Positions 1-15,000 are shown, numbered from the stretch's first letter. The stretch is 64,000 nucleotides of DNA from a virus (IMGVR_UViG_3300020413_000003:60935-124934); one strand, 5' to 3'. Numbers and translations: made by a program. Notes: generated by a model not told the origin, from the letters alone.

Positions 1-3000
1 AAAGGAGAGGCAGTTTCAACTTACAGTTATGAAAGTATTGGTGGTATTAACTACGGTGTTTTAAAGACTTCAACTCCTCACAACTTAACTGTTGATGATC
101 AGGTTGTTATAGATTACACACCTATAATGAACAACACTAATAAAACTTTTGTTGTTAAACAAATTAAAGGTGTTGAAGAAATTGTTATTGATCAGCAAGG
201 TTCTGGATATAATAGTGAATTACCTCCAACAATCATTCTTGATGGTGATGGAACTGCTGCAGCATTAGAAGCGGTTGTAACATCTGTAGGATCTATTTCT
301 ACAGTTAATATTACTAACTCTGGTCAAAACTATACTACAAACCCAAGAGTTATATTATCACACCCTCAAATCTATAAGAAAGCAGATTATTATGTTTCTA
401 AGATTGCAAATGAGAATTATGTTAAGGTTAATGACGTATTTGTAAATGATGCTAAAGAAATATTCATTTGTGGTAAAACAAAAGACTCTTTTGGATATAC
501 TATTGGATTCTTAGCAAAACTATCTGCTACTGGTGTAAAAGACTGGGAAAAGACAATTAAGAGTACTGATGGACAACAAGAAGTAGAATTTGAGAGATTA
601 TTAATTGATGGACAAGATATTTACGTTGCAGGTCATAATAAACCAAATGCAAGTATCTTAGAGGCATATAACCCTGATGTTGTTCTTTGTAAGTATACAC
701 AGGCAGAAAATGGATTAAGTGCTACTTTACAGTATCAAAAGGCATATGCAGGTATATCTGGTTCTACTCGTTCCGACAATATTAGTGCTATTGCAAAATA
801 CTCTGATACTAGATTTGTTTTAGGTGGTTTCACTAATACTAACTCTGGTAATCCATTTGATGCTTATATTGCTGTTGTAGACACACTTGGTAACTTTGCT
901 GTTAAGAGAAAGATTACTTCTGTAAATGTTTCTGAAAAAGTTACAGATTTACTTGTAAATGGAACTGACATATACTATACATTAGAAATTGCTACAAGTC
1001 CTAATGCAACAAGCGTTGATACAGGTATTGGTAAAGCAACTGTAGGTACTAGTGCAATTAGTCTTGTTTGGACTAAGCAATTAACTAATACACTGTATTC
1101 ATTCATGGATACAAGTCTTACTATCGATGAATTTAGTGAATTATACATTACTGCTACAACAAGACTTAAATCAGACAATACAACAAAAGATGGTTTCTGG
1201 ATTGGTAAATTAGATTCAGATGGTGCTTTCCTTTGGAACTATCGTTATGCAGTAGCTGGTGGATACACTATTAATGTTGCTAAAAGAACTCATATTGATA
1301 TCTTTGGTGATCTTAATATTGCTGTCAACAAATATCTCAATACAAATGGAGAATTAACTGTAGACGTAGTTAAAGTTGGTTATAACGGTATTATTAAGAA
1401 TCAGACAAATAATAAATTTGATCTTAATAATATTGAAGGTGTAACTGCACATAGTTTATATCCTGATAGTTCTGGTGATATTCATGTATTTGGTCAAACT
1501 TCTTGGAATAGAAATGAACTTCTAATACCATTTACCAGTGGTGCAACTACAGATGTTACAGGACACTATACAGCAACCTTTGTAGGAGACGGTAACTCAC
1601 TTCAATATGATACTACTAATGGATTTGCAAAATTACTAGGAAAAGACTCTACTACTCCTAGTACTTGGGTAAATTCAGTTATACAAGTTAATGGATCAGA
1701 TTTAACAACTAAAATGACTGGCGACTGGACTATTGAGTTCATGTTGTTTAAAGATGCTGCTAATAACAATAATACACACTCTCAAACACAACAAACCCTA
1801 ATAGCAATAGGTGATGCAACATTATCTACTGGTGGTCTATGGTTGTATTATGATATTTCATCTGGAGAGATGCAGTTAGTTGTTACTGCAAATGGAACTG
1901 CACTCAACTCTGCATCAGGTTCACTACAATCTACAGTTACAACAATGTTTGCCGATAATACTTGGCAATTTGTTGCACTTACTAAATCTGCAGGTCAGTA
2001 TACAGCATATGTCAACGGTATACAAGTTCTTCAAGGAACTATTGATAATACTGCATTCCAGAATCAAAATCTATACATTGGTAATATTCCTGGTAAGAGT
2101 GGAACTTTAAATCAATTCCGTTCTAATGAACAAGGTCAATACTTTGTTGATAATCTTCGTATTAGAAACAGAGCAGTTGTTCCTACAGTTCCTAATGATG
2201 TTACTAACTATCCTATTGCAGGTGAGTTTAGTGAAGGATTTACATGGACTGATACATCATGGTTCTCTACTTACACTAACAAATATGATTATATCGATTA
2301 TGTTGGTTGGGGTTTAAAAGTTGATAAGAACTCTGATGCTGCAAGAATTGGAACTCAAACTGTTCAAACTAACACACAAGTTGGATTTACTAGAACTGCT
2401 ATTGTATTACAAACAGGTTTACCATTAACTGTTAATAATACTGGATTTGGATTAGCAGAAGCAGGATTCCAAAACTTAGACTTTGATGATGCTGATACAT
2501 CAATGACTCAGGACTCTGATTCATTATCTTATACTCAAGACGTTTGGAGTTCTAGAACTGCTACTGTTCCTTCACCAGGTTCTAAAAAATTAAGAGTTAC
2601 TGCAGTTGTTAAAGACAGATACTTCTTTAAAGTTACACCTACAGTCAAGATTGATAATATTCAAGAACTTACTCTAAATCAGCAATTTGTATTTACTACA
2701 GGTTCAAAATTAGTATTAAGTAGTTCATCAGGATCATTCATTAATAGTGGATACATTATTAGACAAAATAGTGTAGGTAATAAGATATATCTTGCTGTTA
2801 ATAATAATGCTTGGGCAAATGATCTTAATACTGGTGAATTAACTACAGAACAGTTTAATGAGCAAAGCACTTATGGAATTGTAGGTCCTATACCCGCAGA
2901 TGTTAATGAATTAATATACACCTTCCCACTACTAAACAACACTACACCTGGTACATTTGATATAGATCTAAACAATTTTAATCACCCAGAAGGAGGTTCA

Positions 3001-6000
3001 AATAATCTTGATGAATTAACTAACTTTAAACCTTACACTGATGATGATTACTCTATAAGAATTGATGAAGTAGCTGGTGGTTCACCTTTTATTCCTGGAT
3101 CTGTTGTTAATATTAACTCTGGTGATATTAGTTTCAATGCTGCATATACAACTGCATCAATTATCAATTTAACTGGTGTTCTTAAGATTACTTTAGTAGC
3201 AACACTTAAGAAAATTATACAAGTAACTGCTGTTGCTAATAGTGATGAAGTTTATATTGTTACTGCAAATAGTCATTACCTTACTCAAGGTGAAATGGTT
3301 AGTATTGATGGTAACCCATCACAAACTGTTGATAGTGTCGTTTATGATGAATATGATGGTGCTTTCCCAGTTCACACTATTGTAAGTCCTGTTGAATTTA
3401 CATATAAATTACCTTCTGCTGCAATAACTTCACCAGCTACAAGTTCTGGAAGTGTTAATATCTACGTTAAGTCACCTGTTCTTAAAATGTATTATGGACA
3501 TCAATATCTCTTTGATGTTGGTCATTCTTCTATGGCGGGTGGTAACTTATCATTCTCTAAAGATAATCTTTATAAACTGGAATATTCATTCAACTCTATT
3601 GAAAGAGTAGGTACACCTGGTATTACTGGTCAAGGTGTTCCTAACCCTACTGTTAAGTTAAAAGTTGATACTGACATTGTTACTAATATTTCTTACTACT
3701 TTGACCCATCTAGAACAGGTGCTGATTCTCCAGTTATTGCATCTAGTTACTTAGATGTTGTTAATTCACCTTACGTAGGTAATTTCGCAATCACTTCTAC
3801 ATCTGGTGCAACTATTACTCGTGGTGCAGATACCTTTAAATTTGTTCTTGCTAACGAACCAGAGGGTAATGCTGATGTTATCAATACATCTTATAGCACT
3901 AGTTCATTGAAAGCAGTTGGTTCTATAAGTGATATTCGTATTGTTAATGGAGGAGGTTTCTATACTAGACTTCCAGTTGTTACATCTATTCAGTCATCTA
4001 GACAAATAGAAAGAATTCAAATTGATGCACCAGGTACTGAATATGCTGTAGGTGTTTACAATAGTGTTCCTATTGCAGGTGATGGAGAAGGTGGATTTGT
4101 TTCTATTACTGTAGCAGACGGAACTGATGATGATGGAGTAACGATTCCTGGTCAAATACAGTCTGTTGTTGTTACATCACCAGGTAAAGGATATACTACT
4201 GCAAGTATTGATGTTGAATCTATATCGGGTATTCTTGGAGCAGGTTTAACAGGTTCTGGTGTTGATTTGAATGTTGTTATTCCTCCTGCAGGAACTGGTG
4301 CTTCTATCTTTACCAAAGGAACTAAAGTTGGTAAGATTAAGAAATTACAGAACAACAACTTTGGATATGATTATCCTCATGACTATACTTTACGTCCTGA
4401 GATTTCATTCCCAATTAACGCACAGTTAACATCCACAAGTATACTTGATAGTATTACAGTTACAGATCCAGGTTCTGGATATTCACAAGCACCAACCGTT
4501 GTTATCACAGGTGGTGGTGGACAAAATGCAACTGCTGAAGCATTCATTAAGAATGGTCGTTTAGATGATATTCTTGTTAAAGATCCAGGATCAGGTTACT
4601 CTTCTGCTCCTACTGTTGCATTAAGATCTTCTTTCAACTATGTTGTTAACCTTGACTTAGGATTACTACAATTTGCTTTCCCACATGGTATTGTGAATGG
4701 TTCTGAGGTTACATTAACAGTTACTGATACTGGTGATGGTGCTGAGTTCCCATTATCAGCAGGTGCTGTTGGTCGTTTGAATTCTACTAACACATATTAT
4801 GCTATTGCTGGTACTGCAAACTCACTAGAAGAAAACCAATTAAAGATTGCTATTACTGCTGCTAACGCTGCATTAGGTGACTCTTTATCATTTGTTAACG
4901 CAGGAACAGGTCGTCAAACAATATTAACTGAATCATTCGGTGGTGCAGCAACTGCTAACGTTATTACTTCTACATTCTTAGAAGGTGAACTTGTTTATCA
5001 AGGAGATACTTTAGATGCTGCAACTGCTAGTGGATATGTTTCTACTAACCAAGGTTGGCAGGTAGGACCTAGAATTATTAAGATTGTTGATTACACTGGA
5101 AACTTTAATGCTAACGAAAGAATAACAGGTGTTATTTCTAAGTCTTCTGGTATTATAAGTGATCTTAAGATTGCTCGTGGTGTTCTTGAAATTGGTTCTA
5201 TCACTAAGACAACTGGTCAGTTCATTGATGATATTGGTAAACCATCTGAAATTATTCAGAAAATTCAAGATAGTTACTATTATCAGGACTTCTCATATGC
5301 TGTTAAGTCTGCTGTTTCTATTGGTGAGTGGAAAGAGATATTACTTAAGAACGTTCACCCTGCATCATTCAAAGTATTCGGTGAATTAAATCTGGCTGAA
5401 TATGGTCAAATTCCTAACAAAGAAACTGATTTCCAGATAACCAAAGCTGTTGAATTAGCAAGAGAAGCAATTGTACCTAACATTCAGAGTTTCTCTCTAG
5501 TTGAACCAGTCTACTCACAGTTTAATAACTCAGAAGTATTATTCAGACAGAAGAGATTGACATCTTCTGAGAACATTTTGACTTCTGTTGTTCAGCGTAT
5601 TGATGATATATCAAATCAATTTGATGGTGTTAAAACACAGTTCCAATTAAAAGTTAATGGTGACAACGTAGTTGCTAATGCTAATCAGTTAATGATCATC
5701 TTAAATGGTGTTGCTCAAACTCCTGAGACATCATTTAATATTCAAGGTGATTCTATTGTATTCAGTCAACCACCACAACCACCTGCAAGTATTAAGTATG
5801 TAAACGTTACTATTCAAGAGATTACTATATCTACTCTTGAATTTACTAATATCAGTGGAATATTCCCACTCAAGGGAAATACAATGGCTGGACAGACTTC
5901 TTTAGCAAGATTTACTGTTACAGCTGTTGTTGGTAATTCAATTTTCGGTTTCTTTGTAGAAGGAACTGCATTTACAGTTGGTGAATTGGTAAGTAACAGT

Positions 6001-9000
6001 GCTACTGGATTTATTGCAAACTATGCTTCAGTATCAACTGTTTCAAATCTTGGATTGTTTGTATTTGGAGAGCAGGTTTCAAACCTTACTGGAGAGACTG
6101 CTAAAGTTGAAGCAATTAACTTAGCAGGTGGTTCTGAAGCTCCACTTGGTCAATTACGTTATGGTATAGGTCCTTCAACTGCATCAGTTGAAATTGTAGC
6201 AGCAAAGATACTTTCTACAGATGCTGATACACCTCCTGCAGCAGGAACATTTACTGTAGGTGGTAACTATCAGATTGGTTCTGAAATTGTAAATGTAACT
6301 AACGTTACTACTAACAATGATTCAGTTGTATTAGAAATAACTAGAGGTGAATTAGGTACTACAGCAGCAACACAGGCAGAAGATGGTCCTGTATATGCAA
6401 CAACAGTTCTTGTTAATGACAAGTTAACTTTAAGTAAAACTACTGGAACATATCAGTCTACACCTGGTTTATTTGATCTTGCTCTTGATGATGTTATTAT
6501 TGGTGCTCAGTCTGGTGTAGTTGCAAGATTGACTGCTACATCAACATATCAAGATCCTACAACTAATGAGTTTATCGGTCAGGTTAATATTTCAGAAGGA
6601 TCTTCATTCTTTGGATTACTATTCAACAGAGTTACATCAATTACATACCCAAATATTGTTCTAGATGATATTTCATTATCAACAATTAGTGTTGTTGACT
6701 ATACAGACTACGTAACAGATATTGATTCTCAATTCCCTGCTAACGAATTTATAAGTCAAATTGTAATTCCTTACGATAATGCTTCTGGATCATTATCTAT
6801 AGGTGAGAAGATTAGGAACTATAAATTTGATTATGGTAATAATGTTGGAACATTTAATAGTGGTGAAGCTGGTAAGTCTAGAAAACTATCATTTAAAGAT
6901 AAGATAGGAACTGGTCTATTCTCCACAGGCGATACAATAAGAACTAGAGATACTAAAGCAGAAGTAATTGGATTTAATTTCTCAGGTAATACAATATATC
7001 TTGGTAAGATTGGTAGATCATTAAGAGGTGGTGGTGATTATCATGTATTCAACTTCTCTGGTAGTGCTCAATTAGATACTTCAATTAAGAAATTTGGAGA
7101 TTCTTCATTACAACTTGATCTAGCAACAAGTGATTATATTCAAATTCCTGCATCATCTGAATTTACTCGTGGTACAGGTGATTACACTATTGAATTCTGG
7201 ATTCGTCTAGATGCAGTATCTTTAGCAGATACTAAGACTTTAGTTGATATGAGAACAAGTGCTACTGAAGTTGCACTTAGAATTTACTTAGAAGCAGCAC
7301 AAGTTCGTGTTAATGTTAATGGTTCAGATATAGCAACCTCTGGTGGAAATGCTCTAAACAATAATGTTTGGTATCATCTTGTAATTCAAAGAACTGGAAC
7401 TACTGTTAAGATTATATCTAATGGAGTTGAGATTGGAACTGGAACAGATAGTGGTAATTATACCTTAGATAGACCAATTAGAATTGGTGCAGATTTATCT
7501 GGTCTTAATTCTATAACTGCTCATATTGATGAGTTTAGATATTCTACTGTTGCACGTTATGCAACAATTCCATTTACTTCTCCTAATGGTATTTTCCAAG
7601 GAGATACTGATACTAAAGTATTATGCCACTTTGATGGTGCTGATGGAGCAACTAAGACTGAAGATTGGTCTGGTGGTGAATCATTTACTAAGGGTGAATA
7701 TGTTAATAACGATTCTATATTAACAACAAATAGTTCTAATCCAACTGCTGCACCTGCAGGATTTAATATTAAGAGTCACAGATATATTAACGCTGCAGAT
7801 TTAATGTTAATGAACAAGGAATATCTTGCTCAAGAAACAGTTTATATTATGAAGGAAGTATTCCCTGCTCATAGTGTTAAGGGTAGTGAAGTTGATTGTG
7901 AAGATGATGTAAGAGATGTTGTCGATTCTATAGTAGAAGATTTACGTAATGGTAGTAATCATCATATGTGGAAAGCAGCTTCATACTATGTTAATAGAGA
8001 AGTTAATCCAATTCAAATTGTAAACGTAGAAGATGATGTCTCTATGACAGTCTATGTTTATGAAATATTAGATAAAATTGCTAAGTATATTGTTAATAAT
8101 GTTCCTTGGAGTACTCAAGGTGATCATGGTTTAACTCAGAAGTATGACACTACTATTACATTTGATGGTTACACATCTCAAACATTAACTAAGTTTACAC
8201 CAACAGCAATCGACTATCATCCATCAATGGGTGACATGGAAATAACAGCTGCAAGTCATGGACTCGCGGCCCCTAGAACTATAACAGCATCAGGGTCGGG
8301 ATACACTGCTACCACTGGTGTTTTGACTATTGAATCTGTTGGGCACTCACTAGAAACTGGGGACAGAATTAAGTTTGAGCCTAATTCTATTACCATGACT
8401 TGTACTTGTGATGGTAATGTAGTATCACAGAGTTATCCTAGAGATGATGATCCAGCAAATCAAGGCTGGTTAGAAGTATCGAAGATTGATAATGATAACT
8501 TTAGTGTAAATGTTGGAACATCTCCTACAGTAAACTTTACTGCAACTTCAGCAGATTATAATAGTAATACTGGTTTCTTAACTATGGACATTGGTGACAA
8601 TGATCTAAGACCAGGAAGTAAATACACTGTTGAAAGTGCAGCATATAATCCTACTAGTGGTGTAATGACAGTAGGTATTGGTAACGATCAGTATAATGTT
8701 ATTGATGCTGATTATAGTCCTACAAGTGGAGATTTAGAAATCTTTGTTAGTTCACATAACTTAAAAACAGGACAGAAAGTTAAGATTGCTAATGATGGTC
8801 TTACATTCAGATGTTCTCAAGATGACTATGCTACTGATCACCCATATCCAAGAGCAACTGACCCTGCACGTAATACAGCATTAGAAGTTCTTCATGTAAC
8901 TGATGAATCATTCACAGTAAACGTTGGTAAATCTCCTATAGTTGAATTTGATGTTTCCAATGCAACATTCAATCCTAATACAGGTGATATGGAGTTGACT

Positions 9001-12000
9001 ATTGGAAATCATAGTTTGTCTTCAGGTACTTCTATTAGAATAGCAACTCAAAGTATTGGATTTACATGCACATATGGTGCAGGTGTTCACTACTACCCAA
9101 GACCTCTAATTGATGTGCATGTTCCAACTGATGCATCATATAATCCAACAACAGGTGTAGTAACATTCACTGTTAATCAGGGACATGGAATGAAGAATGG
9201 TGATAAGGTTAAGATTCCTGATTACTCACTTTCATTCACATGTGATAAAGATAATAATGCAACTACTCACAGATATCCTAGACCTTATGATCCTATTAGT
9301 GATAAATGGATTGAAATAAGTAATGTTCAAACAACATCAATCGATGTTCAAGTATTAGATACTGCTCCTTCCACAAATACATCTACTCATACTTTTGTAA
9401 GTTTTACAGATGTTATATCACAGAAACGTGATAAGTCATTTGAACAATCTATTCCAATTACTGCTACAACTGGAACAACTATTACTATTAATGTTGGTGT
9501 TTCAAGTAATACAACAACTCATACATATTCAACTTCTAAAGCAGGTGCTGTAATTACTGGTGGTAATTATAAGCATAAGTTTAGATCTGCACTTGATAAC
9601 GCTATAACAGTAGAGCATGGCTTATATGTTGGTGATAGAGTCATGTTCGATAGAGACTCTCTAACATTTACATGTCTTGAAGATAGTGGTGCTACTGAAC
9701 ACACATACCCAAGAATTACAGATCCTTACTATAATAAGTGGTTACCTATTTCTAATGTAACTCATACAACATTCGATGTTCAAGTACTAAGTTCTACACC
9801 TTCTACTAACCAAACTGCTCACACATTTGTTCGTGCTAAAGTTAATGGTCTAACAAGATCTGGTGAAACACTAAAACTTGCTAAAGACGCTCTATCATTT
9901 ACATGCTCACAGGATAATGATTCTACAGTTCATTCTTATCCTAGAGTCGATGATTCAGTTTATAATACCGCTATTCCAATTTGGAGTAATGGTAACACTA
10001 GAATGACTGCTGAAGGTGCAAGTTATAATACTTCAACTGGACTATTGACTATTAATATACTAAATCATGGTTTAACAGTTGGCACAGAACTTAGATTAGA
10101 AAATAATTCTCTTGTCTTTACTTGTGCTAAAGATGGTAATAAAACAGAGCATTCATATCCAAGACGTAAAGATCCATACGCTGCTAGATGGTTAAGAATT
10201 AAAGCAGTTAGTGATCATACATTTACAGTATTTGTTGGTGAAGCAAGTTCTACAGGTCAGTATGCACATACATTTGTAAGAGCAGTTAAGGATGGTATTG
10301 TTAAGCGTGATAATACTGTTACTGTTAACGTTGGTGCTACTCCAACTAAGGCATATACTCCATCTGCTGCAACTTATAATGCTAGTACTGGTGCTTTAGA
10401 ATTAAATGTCGGAACACATAGTTATCCTGCTCCAACACAACATACACCAACTGATGTTGCTTATAACCCTGTTAGTGGTGTAATGACTCTGACTATTGCA
10501 GGTCATAACTTCTCTAATGGTGAGAAAATTAAGATTGCTGATAATGGTATTAAATTAAGTTGTCCTTACGGTGGTGCAACTGGAACTGCTGCACAGAAAG
10601 ATTATCCACGTTCAACTGACCCAGTTAGCAACAAATGGATTCCAATATTCAACGTAACTACAGATACTTTTGATGTTCAAGTTTTAGATTCAATTCCTTC
10701 TACTAACGTTGATACTCATACATTTGTAAGTGCAGTTAATAACTGTGTTAGCAAGGCAAATTACACTGTTAAACTTGCTCCTGATTCATTACTAATGACA
10801 TGTGATATGGATACCAATGCTACTAAGCATGTATATCCAAGATCTAATGTTGCTACTCATACTCCATCTACAGGTACAAGTTACAACCCAGTAACAGGTG
10901 CTCTTACAGTTTCAATTCCTACTGAATCATTTACTGCTTCTGCTGCAAATTATAATGTCACATCAGGTGCATGTGTATTAACAATATCACAGAATGCAGG
11001 ATCATATAATGTTACTGGTGCAACTTACTCACCTTCTGTTGGAACTTTAGTTCTTACACTTGGAACTCATAGTCTAACAACTAGTGACAGAATTAAAATT
11101 ACTCCAGAATCACTTAAGTTTACTTGTGATTATAATAACGATAATAATACAACAATTCACCCTTATCCTCGTGCTGCAGGTGCTTACAACTCAACAAATT
11201 CAAAAGCAGATTATGCTTATGATACATGGTTAGACATTAGTGCAGTTACAGGAACAACAATCACTGTTAACGTTAACGGTGGTCAAGGTGCTATTACTGA
11301 CATTAGTAATCATACATTTGTTGGTGCACTTGATGGTGCAGTTCAAGTTGGTCATGGTATAGTACCTGGCAACAAAGTTAAACTTGCTCCTAACTCACTA
11401 ACATTTACTTGCACATTAGATGGCAACACTGCACAGAAATCTTATCCTAGATCAACAGGTGCTAATACAACAAGTGGTGCTGACTATGCTTATGATAAGT
11501 GGCTCAGAGTTATGGATGTTGGTGACAATACTATAACTGTTAACTTGAATGGTGGTCAAGGTGCTATCTCAGATACATCAGCACATACATTCGTTTCAGC
11601 TACTACAAATGGTATTACCCTTGGACATGGTATGGTTGCTGGTACACCTATTAAAATCAAAGATGGTGGCGTAACATTCAGATGTGCACATGATAATAAT
11701 GCTACTTTACATCCATATCCAAGGTCTACTGACCCTGCAAGTGATAAGTGGTTGTTTATCAAGAATGTATCTGATACTCAGTTTGAAGTTGATATTTTAC
11801 AAGGAACAACTCCTACAAATACAACAACTCATACCTATGCAGGTTCTCTTGATAATTGTATCATTCAAGGAGATCCACTTGTTGCTCAGGCAATTCCTAT
11901 TGATGCAGTAACAGGAAATACTATTACTATCAATGCTTTAGATGGATATACGCCTTCATTCACACCAAATCATACTTTAGATTCTGTAGCAACATCTCAG

Positions 12001-15000
12001 TTTACACCAACTAATGCAGTTTATAATGGAACTACAGGTCTAATGACCATAACAGTTTTAACTGCTAACTTCCAACCTTCTACTGTTGCTTATAATGCGA
12101 TAACTGGTGAGATGCAAATGACTATTGGAACTCATAGTTTGGCAGTTGGAGAAGAAATATTAATCGCTCCTAATTCACTAACATTTACTTGTGATTATAA
12201 TGGAGATGGAAATACTACAAATAAGACATATCCTAGAGCAACAGGTGCTGCAACTCCTAGCGGTGCAGACTTTGCTTACAATAATCAATTAGTAATTACA
12301 GACACAACCAACACCACTATTACTGTTAATGTTAATGGTGGCGGTGGAGCAATTACTGATACAACCAACCATGTATTTGTATCAGCATTAGCAGATGCAG
12401 TCAGTGTTTCACATGGAATGAAGAACGGTGAAAAAATTAAGATTGCTGATAATGGTATTACATTTACTTGTACTCATGATAGTAATGCTACAAACCATCC
12501 ATATCCAAGAGTAACTGATCCTGCTAGTGGTAGATGGTTAGATGTTCATAACGTCACGAATACTACTTTCGATGTTCAAGTATTAGATGAAATTCCTTCT
12601 ACAAATACTACAACTCATACATTTGTTTCTGCTACAACTAATGCGATTACAAGAGCAATAGTTTCAACTGGTGGTAACTATAAGCATAAGTTTATATCTG
12701 GTCTTACAAATGGTGTTAGAACTGGTGGTGACTATACTCATACATTTGTTTCTGCTACTTCTAACGGTATACATGTTGCAGGTGATTCAATTTACATTGA
12801 TAATAATTCACTAAGATTTACTTGTTCTCAAGATAATCATGAAACACAACATGATTATCCACGTGCCACTGATCCTGCAGCTAAGCATGTAATGGAAGTT
12901 AAGACTAAGGATGATAATAGATTCGTAGTTAACGTTGGCAAGTCTCCACAAGACAAACGTTATGATCACTTATTTGTTAGTGGTGATGCTAATTCTATTA
13001 CTAAGTCTAAGTATGTAATTACAAATTGTTCTGACGTTTATACAACTACAAACAACTTAATTGATATTCTTAGAGATACAATCACTCAGGCTGCTTTACC
13101 ATCTCCTGTAGATCATCTTGCATCTATTACTGATCTTCTTCCAGTAGATGAATTTGTTGGTGGAACAATTCATTCATATCTAGAAGTACCATTCAAAGTT
13201 ACATACGAAGATGATGCTCAGGAAATGGTATACACAGATAGAATCGATGTATTCAGTCGTTACAGATTCCGTGATGCTGCTAATTTAATTCGTCAGAACA
13301 CAGGTGCTATTGTAGATAAAGCATCCTATGATATGTTAATTCGCTACCCTGCTCTTTATCAGGATATGCCTAGAAACAATAATGGTGCATCTACAGATGG
13401 AATTGAGCGTTGTAAGACTGACCTTACACAGGTTTGTGGTGGACTTGCTAATGATATTGAAAATGGTGGTAATAAGAACGTTGTTGCTGCTGCAGGATTC
13501 TACATTGGTCAATTTAATGAAATACAACATATTAGATTACAGTTACTACAATCAATTTACGTTCATAATCGTTTAGTATTCTACTTAAAGCAAGCAATAG
13601 ATGGAAGTTTAACTACTGATAATACAGAAAATCTTATCGTTGGAGATTGGGGTATAACCAATGATGATAGTGTAACAACTTATGATGTATACAATGCATC
13701 TTATGACGCAGGAACTGGTGATTTGGTAATGACTCTTGCATCAAACACTGGAACATTTAGTGTTAGTGGTGCAGTTTATAATCCAACATCAGGTGATCTA
13801 ACACTTACAATCGGAACCCATACTTTAACAACTAATGATAAGGTTGGAATTGCTGAGGAATCATTAGTATTCACTTGTGATTATAATGGTAATGGTAATC
13901 AAACTCAGAAGAGATATCCTAGATCATTTGGTGCTGGTACAACAAATGGTGCTGACTATGCATATAATCAATTCCTTGATATTACTCAGGTAAATCAGAG
14001 TGGTGGAACAATCACTGTTAACGTTAACGGTGGTCAGGGTGCAATTACAGATACCACAACTCATAACTTTGTTGTTACTCCATCTGCTACAAATGCAGTT
14101 ACTGTTGGTCATGGATTTACTGCAGGAGATAGTTTACAAATTGGTAATGAAGCATTGACATTCACATGTTCAATGGATGGTAACGTTTCTAATAAGACAT
14201 ATCCTCGTGCAACAGATCCTGCATATGGTAAGGCACTTACAATTACAAGTGCTACTACAACAACTGTAACTGTTAATGTAGGAACTACTCCAGAAGTTAA
14301 GTATACTCCAACATTCGCAACATACACTGCTACAACTGGTGTGTTAGTTCTTACTATTGGCAACCACAATTTAGAGGTTGGTCAACCAGTTAAGATTAAT
14401 CAAGGTGCATTGAAGTTTACTTGTGCAATGGATGGAAATGAGTCTATTAAACCTTATCCAAGAACTAGTGATCCATTCTACAACAAACCTATTGATATTA
14501 CTGCAACTACAGCAGATACTATTCAGTTAAACGTTGGGCAGAGTCCAATAGTTTTACATACAGTTTCTAATGCTACTTACGATCCTACTACAGGTGTAAT
14601 GGTATTGACAATAGGATCTCACACTTTGACTGCTGGTACTAGCATTAAACTTGCTACTGAGTCATTAGTCTTTACTTGCACATTAGATGGTAATACAATT
14701 CAGAAATCATATCCTCGTGCTACTACTGCTAATACAGGAACTGGTGCTGACTATGCATACGATACTGCAATCAATATTGATTCTGCAGATACCGCAGCAG
14801 GAACTATTACTATCAACGTAAATGGTGGACAAGGTGCTATATCTGATACATCAGCACATACATTTGTTTCTGCTAATGCAGGTGCTGTAAGATCTGGTGG
14901 TGATTATGTTCATACATTCCATTCTGCAGATACAGAATCTATAATTGCTGGTGGTGAATATACTCACGTATGGGCAGGTGGTACTGCTACAGATGCAGTT

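Noticed and set aside
127-129. ATG at 127 as the start of the giant ORF
   Set aside because: The frame is open from base 1 with normal codon usage; the gene starts upstream.
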